DNA from: an uncultured Bacteroidota bacterium
GTDB lineage: Bacteria > Bacteroidota > Ignavibacteria > UBA10030 > UBA6906
Reading direction: 5' to 3'
DNA: 64,000 nt
Assembly (NCBI GenBank): GCA_963700635.1
Contig: CAVOYH010000003.1
Span: 1,632,001-1,696,000, forward strand
Program-made: the position numbers and the translations under genes
Part shown: in pieces, positions 63,927 through 64,000 of the stretch
How the letters are laid out: each line of letters opens with the position of its first letter
How positions within the stretch are numbered: position 1 is the stretch's first letter
The notes under the pieces: model-generated
The model's input: the letters and a program-made list of their open reading frames with translations, nothing else
Told to the model about the DNA's origin: nothing
Database searches by the model: none

Positions 63927-64000
63927 CGGATCAGGCCCGCACCTCTCTCCATCCCCTTCATGCGCGATGTGTCACATTGTCATCTTGCTGCAATCCTGTC

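Overview
GC-rich bacterial chromosome segment, most likely from the FCB group and Ignavibacteria-like (inferred from gene order, PorV/T9SS-type proteins and r-protein extensions). Bases 1-18.2 kb hold the str-S10-spc-alpha ribosomal superoperon (fusA to rplQ, then engB), with a tRNA-Gln(TTG) inserted between rplR and rpsE. The first ~13.7 kb is full of 1-nt indels that look like long-read consensus errors. Bases 18.6-26.7 kb are a self-contained operon: sigma70-type promoter, ~370-nt structured leader with an orphan perfect Shine-Dalgarno, TonB-dependent receptor, ~1150-aa secreted protein with a T9SS-like C-terminal domain, PorV-like barrel, and a terminator. This is the best candidate for an undescribed system. 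Next come a degenerate PIG-L protein, an NHL protein, ssb, a cluster of six DnaA boxes, carA, a methyltransferase, Lhr helicase, a MacA-like adaptor with two permeases and no ATPase, thioredoxins, class II RNR (nrdJ), an acyl-CoA ligase, nuoA-F, dut, AI-2E, rsmI, TSUP, a Cys-less redoxin, a nitronate monooxygenase/FabK-like protein, a split metH, ferredoxin, an MBL hydrolase, queG and trxB. I saw no CRISPR array, prophage or transposase. All calls come from reading motifs by eye; no searches were run.
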